Source: Scenedesmus sp. PABB004 (lineage: Eukaryota). From it: 64,000 nt of DNA. Both the position numbers and the translations under genes were made by a program. The stretch lies in NCBI GenBank assembly GCA_014905635.1, contig CM026548.1, positions 310,001 through 374,000 on the forward strand, given 5' to 3'. The notes beneath the pieces were generated by a model. It ran no database searches. It saw only the letters and a list, made by a program, of their open reading frames with translations, and was not told where the DNA came from. Position 1 is the first letter of the stretch. The number at the start of each line of letters is the position of its first letter. Shown here one piece after another: positions 61,704 through 64,000 of this stretch.

Positions 61704-64000
61704 CTACAGCAGCATGCGGCGGCCGTTCGGGACCATGGGCTTGGACGCCATCATCTCCGGCTTGGCCATCATCGTCGTCGCGGCCATGGGCTTGGCCGCG
61801 GGCATGGCGGCCATCGCCGGCTTGGTCGTGGGCATGGGCATGGCGGGCTTGGTCGTGGGCATGGGCATGGCGGGCTTGGCGATGGCGGTCTTGGCCGCGC
61901 CCTTGGGCATCAGCACGCGGTCGATGATCTGGAACGTGGACTGGACGCGCGGGCGGGCCGGAGCGCCGCGAGGGAGGCAGGCAGGCGCAGGGCGAAGCGG
62001 GCGGAGCGCGGGTCGTTAGGCGGCGGCGCGGGCGCGCGCTTGGCGGGGAGTGGCGCTGCAAGCAGGGAGGGCGCGGGGAGCGCGGCACGGCAACCCGAGC
62101 GCACCTTGGAGATGAAGACGTTGGGCTGCATGATCGTCGCCTTGTTGCCGTTGGCGTCGGTCACGTACGCCACGCCGACGGCCATGCCGCTGCGCGCGTT
62201 CTTCTCGCCGCTGCGCGCGCGGGCGGGCGCGGAAGGGCGGCGGCGCGTGAGCGCGGGCGCGGGGCGCGTCGGGAGCGCGGCTGGGCGGTGGCGGCGGCGC
62301 CGCGCGGGCGCGGGCGGCGGCGCGCGCGCGCAGGCGCGGCGGCGCGGGCACGCAATCAGCGGCGGCGTGCGGGCGCGGACCTGGTGGCGAGGGTGATGGT
62401 GATGTCCTGGCCCTGCAGGGTCTTCAGCTTCTCGCCGGACGTCACGCCGCCGGGGATGATGCGCGCGCCGCGCACGACGTGGTACTTGAGCACATCTGCG
62501 GGGAGGGCGCAGAGGGCGGCGGGCACGGCGCGTGTTCGTCGGAGAGAGGGGGAGCCAGCGGCCGCGGCGCGCGCGGGCAGGGGCGAGGGCGGGGCGGCGG
62601 CGGCGGCGGCGGCGCGGCGCGGCGCGCACCGGCGATGTCGGCGGCGGGCGCATCGAGGGATATGCCGCTCGCCTTGAACGCGGCGTTGGTGGGCAGGAAC
62701 ACGGTGTCGGCGAAGCCCTTGGCGGTGATCGTGGCGGCCACGCCGGCCTTCTCGGTCGCCTTGAGCGCGGTGGAGAAGTAGCCGGGCAGGATCTTGGCCA
62801 TGGTCTTAAAGTTTGCCCAGTACGCGCCTGGCGCGTCCAGGGCAGGGGGAGGAGGCAGGGGCGAGCGGTTAGTGGAGGGTGGCGGGAGAGGAGTGAGGCC
62901 GGGCGGCGGCGGCGGCGGCGGCCGCGCGCGCGCGCCCTGGTGGGTGGGCGGGGCAGCACGCGCACGGCGCAGCACACGCAGCGCGGCCCGGCGTGGCCCG
63001 CGCACCCGACATGAGCACGCGGTCGATGACGTGCACGTTGTGGGAGCCGACCTTGGCGAGGTTGGCCTTGACCACGGTCGCGGTGTTCTTCTGGAAGTCC
63101 TCGACCATCACCTTGCCGTCGGGGCCCTCGGACAGGATAAGGTCCCACGGCGCGACCGCGGTCTTGGCGATGACGCGCTTGCTCTGCGCGCGTGCGTGTT
63201 GGCGGGTGCCGGCGGGTGAGCGAGGGAGCCGTGCTGCGGCGGCGCGGCGGCGCGAGGGCGGTGCGGGCGCGGGGCCCGGGCGCGCGAAGAGGGGGCGGGA
63301 GGCCGCGCGCCGGAGAACCCCAAAACGCTCGCCGCCCCGCGCGGTGCGGGGCCGCTCGGCGGCCGCCCCGCGCGGCGCGCGCCTTTGCGAACATCGCCTC
63401 CTTGGTGAGCGAGTCGCCGACGATGAGGTGGTAGCCCAGCACGGCCTTGCAGAGCGCCTCGTTGGCCTTGAGCTCGTCAATGGTGAGGCCCATCTCCTTC
63501 AGGAACGCGTCCATGGCCTGCGGCGCGGCGGGGACGCGAGCGCGGCGGCGGGGTGTGGCGCGCAGCCCTGCGGCGCAGTGCGTGGCGGCGCCGCCGCCCG
63601 CGCCCGCGCCGCTCACCGCGTTGGTGGGCGCCAGCACGGTCACGACCGCGTCGTCGGCGGCGAGGGCCTTTTCGGCGCCTGCGAACTCGGCGAGGTGCTT
63701 GAAGAGCGAGAGCTGGGCCTTGGTGATGTCGTCCATCGCGTTCTTGCCGTCCTGGGCCCTGGCCTGCGCAGAGGGACGACGTCGCGCGGCGTGGGCGCGG
63801 GCACGACCGGCGGAACGGCCGCGGCGAGGCGAGAGTGGCGTGGGAGCCGCGGCGAGCGGCGTGCATGGGCGGCAGCAGCGAGCGCCGGGTGCGAGCGCTG
63901 GATCACCGCGCGCGCGCAACGCAAAGAGCCGATCGCGTGGCAGGAAATGCATTGCAGCAGTGCAGGGCCCCCACCGTCGCGGCCAGGGCGAGCAGCCCGA
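61704..64000 (-). CDS. Secreted fasciclin protein with two FAS1 domains (5' end runs off window)
   Basis: Signal peptide end GLLALAAT|ARAQD (intron 63974-63764). Domain 1: TVLAPTNA, VLGYHLI, VHVIDRVL. Domain 2: TVFLPTNAAF, VLKYHVV, FQIIDRVLMP. Met/Pro/Lys-rich tail. One GC-AG intron (63382-63184). Confidence 0.92.

Noticed and set aside
61653..61706. Possible TAG read-through of the fasciclin gene (adds GSAAAPDAGGAIKVGV)
   Set aside because: A 16-codon open stretch is expected at this GC, and the next TAA is part of the TGTAA poly(A) signal.
6053..63382. GC-AG introns as an Introner/transposon family (short AG|G or CAG|GC direct repeats at both ends)
   Set aside because: Intron interiors share only low-complexity GC words and I saw no terminal inverted repeat family. 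The end repeats are explained by splice consensus.
4..63952. Hundreds of long overlapping Arg/Ala/Pro/Gly-rich ORFs in the supplied track
   Set aside because: Expected when stop codons are rare at very high GC. They are shadow frames or intron read-through with no recognisable motifs.
1..64000. CRISPR arrays, tRNA/rRNA genes, transposase or RT ORFs, in-frame Sec codons or an alternative genetic code
   Set aside because: None seen. Conserved exons translate with the standard code, and TAA, TAG and TGA all appear as stops.

Overview
Eukaryotic nuclear DNA, extremely GC-rich and intron-dense, from a chlorophyte green alga. TGTAA poly(A) signals, plastid-type genes and TTTAGGG-like motifs support this; a Sphaeropleales/Scenedesmaceae-like source is my inference. 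Most supplied ORFs are GC-driven noise. Splicing by hand gives 19 protein-coding genes, mostly in compact head-to-head pairs: a secreted Cys-rich repeat protein (partial), MSI1/RBBP4-like WD40, DysF + class-3 lipase, SMYD-like SET, CDK10/11-like kinase, condensin CAP-H, GSH1, ABC-F, YnbB-type PLP enzyme, BAR-like protein, Mak21/CEBPZ, two small membrane proteins, RMD1/DUF155, LYR protein, DUF1802, a receptor-like TKL kinase, ABC1K7 and a fasciclin (partial). The main unusual signal is in splicing. About 27 of about 136 hand-called introns (roughly 20%) need a GC donor, with a tight AG|GCRCGS consensus rather than the usual AG|GCAAGT. The same GCAG|GCGCG word serves as donor in some places and acceptor in others. 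There is no U-rich polypyrimidine tract, and introns are polarised (G/GT-rich 5' ends, C/AC-rich 3' ends, including telomere-like motifs). Nine same-sign frame breaks are probably assembly deletions. All exon boundaries are manual inferences with no transcript evidence.
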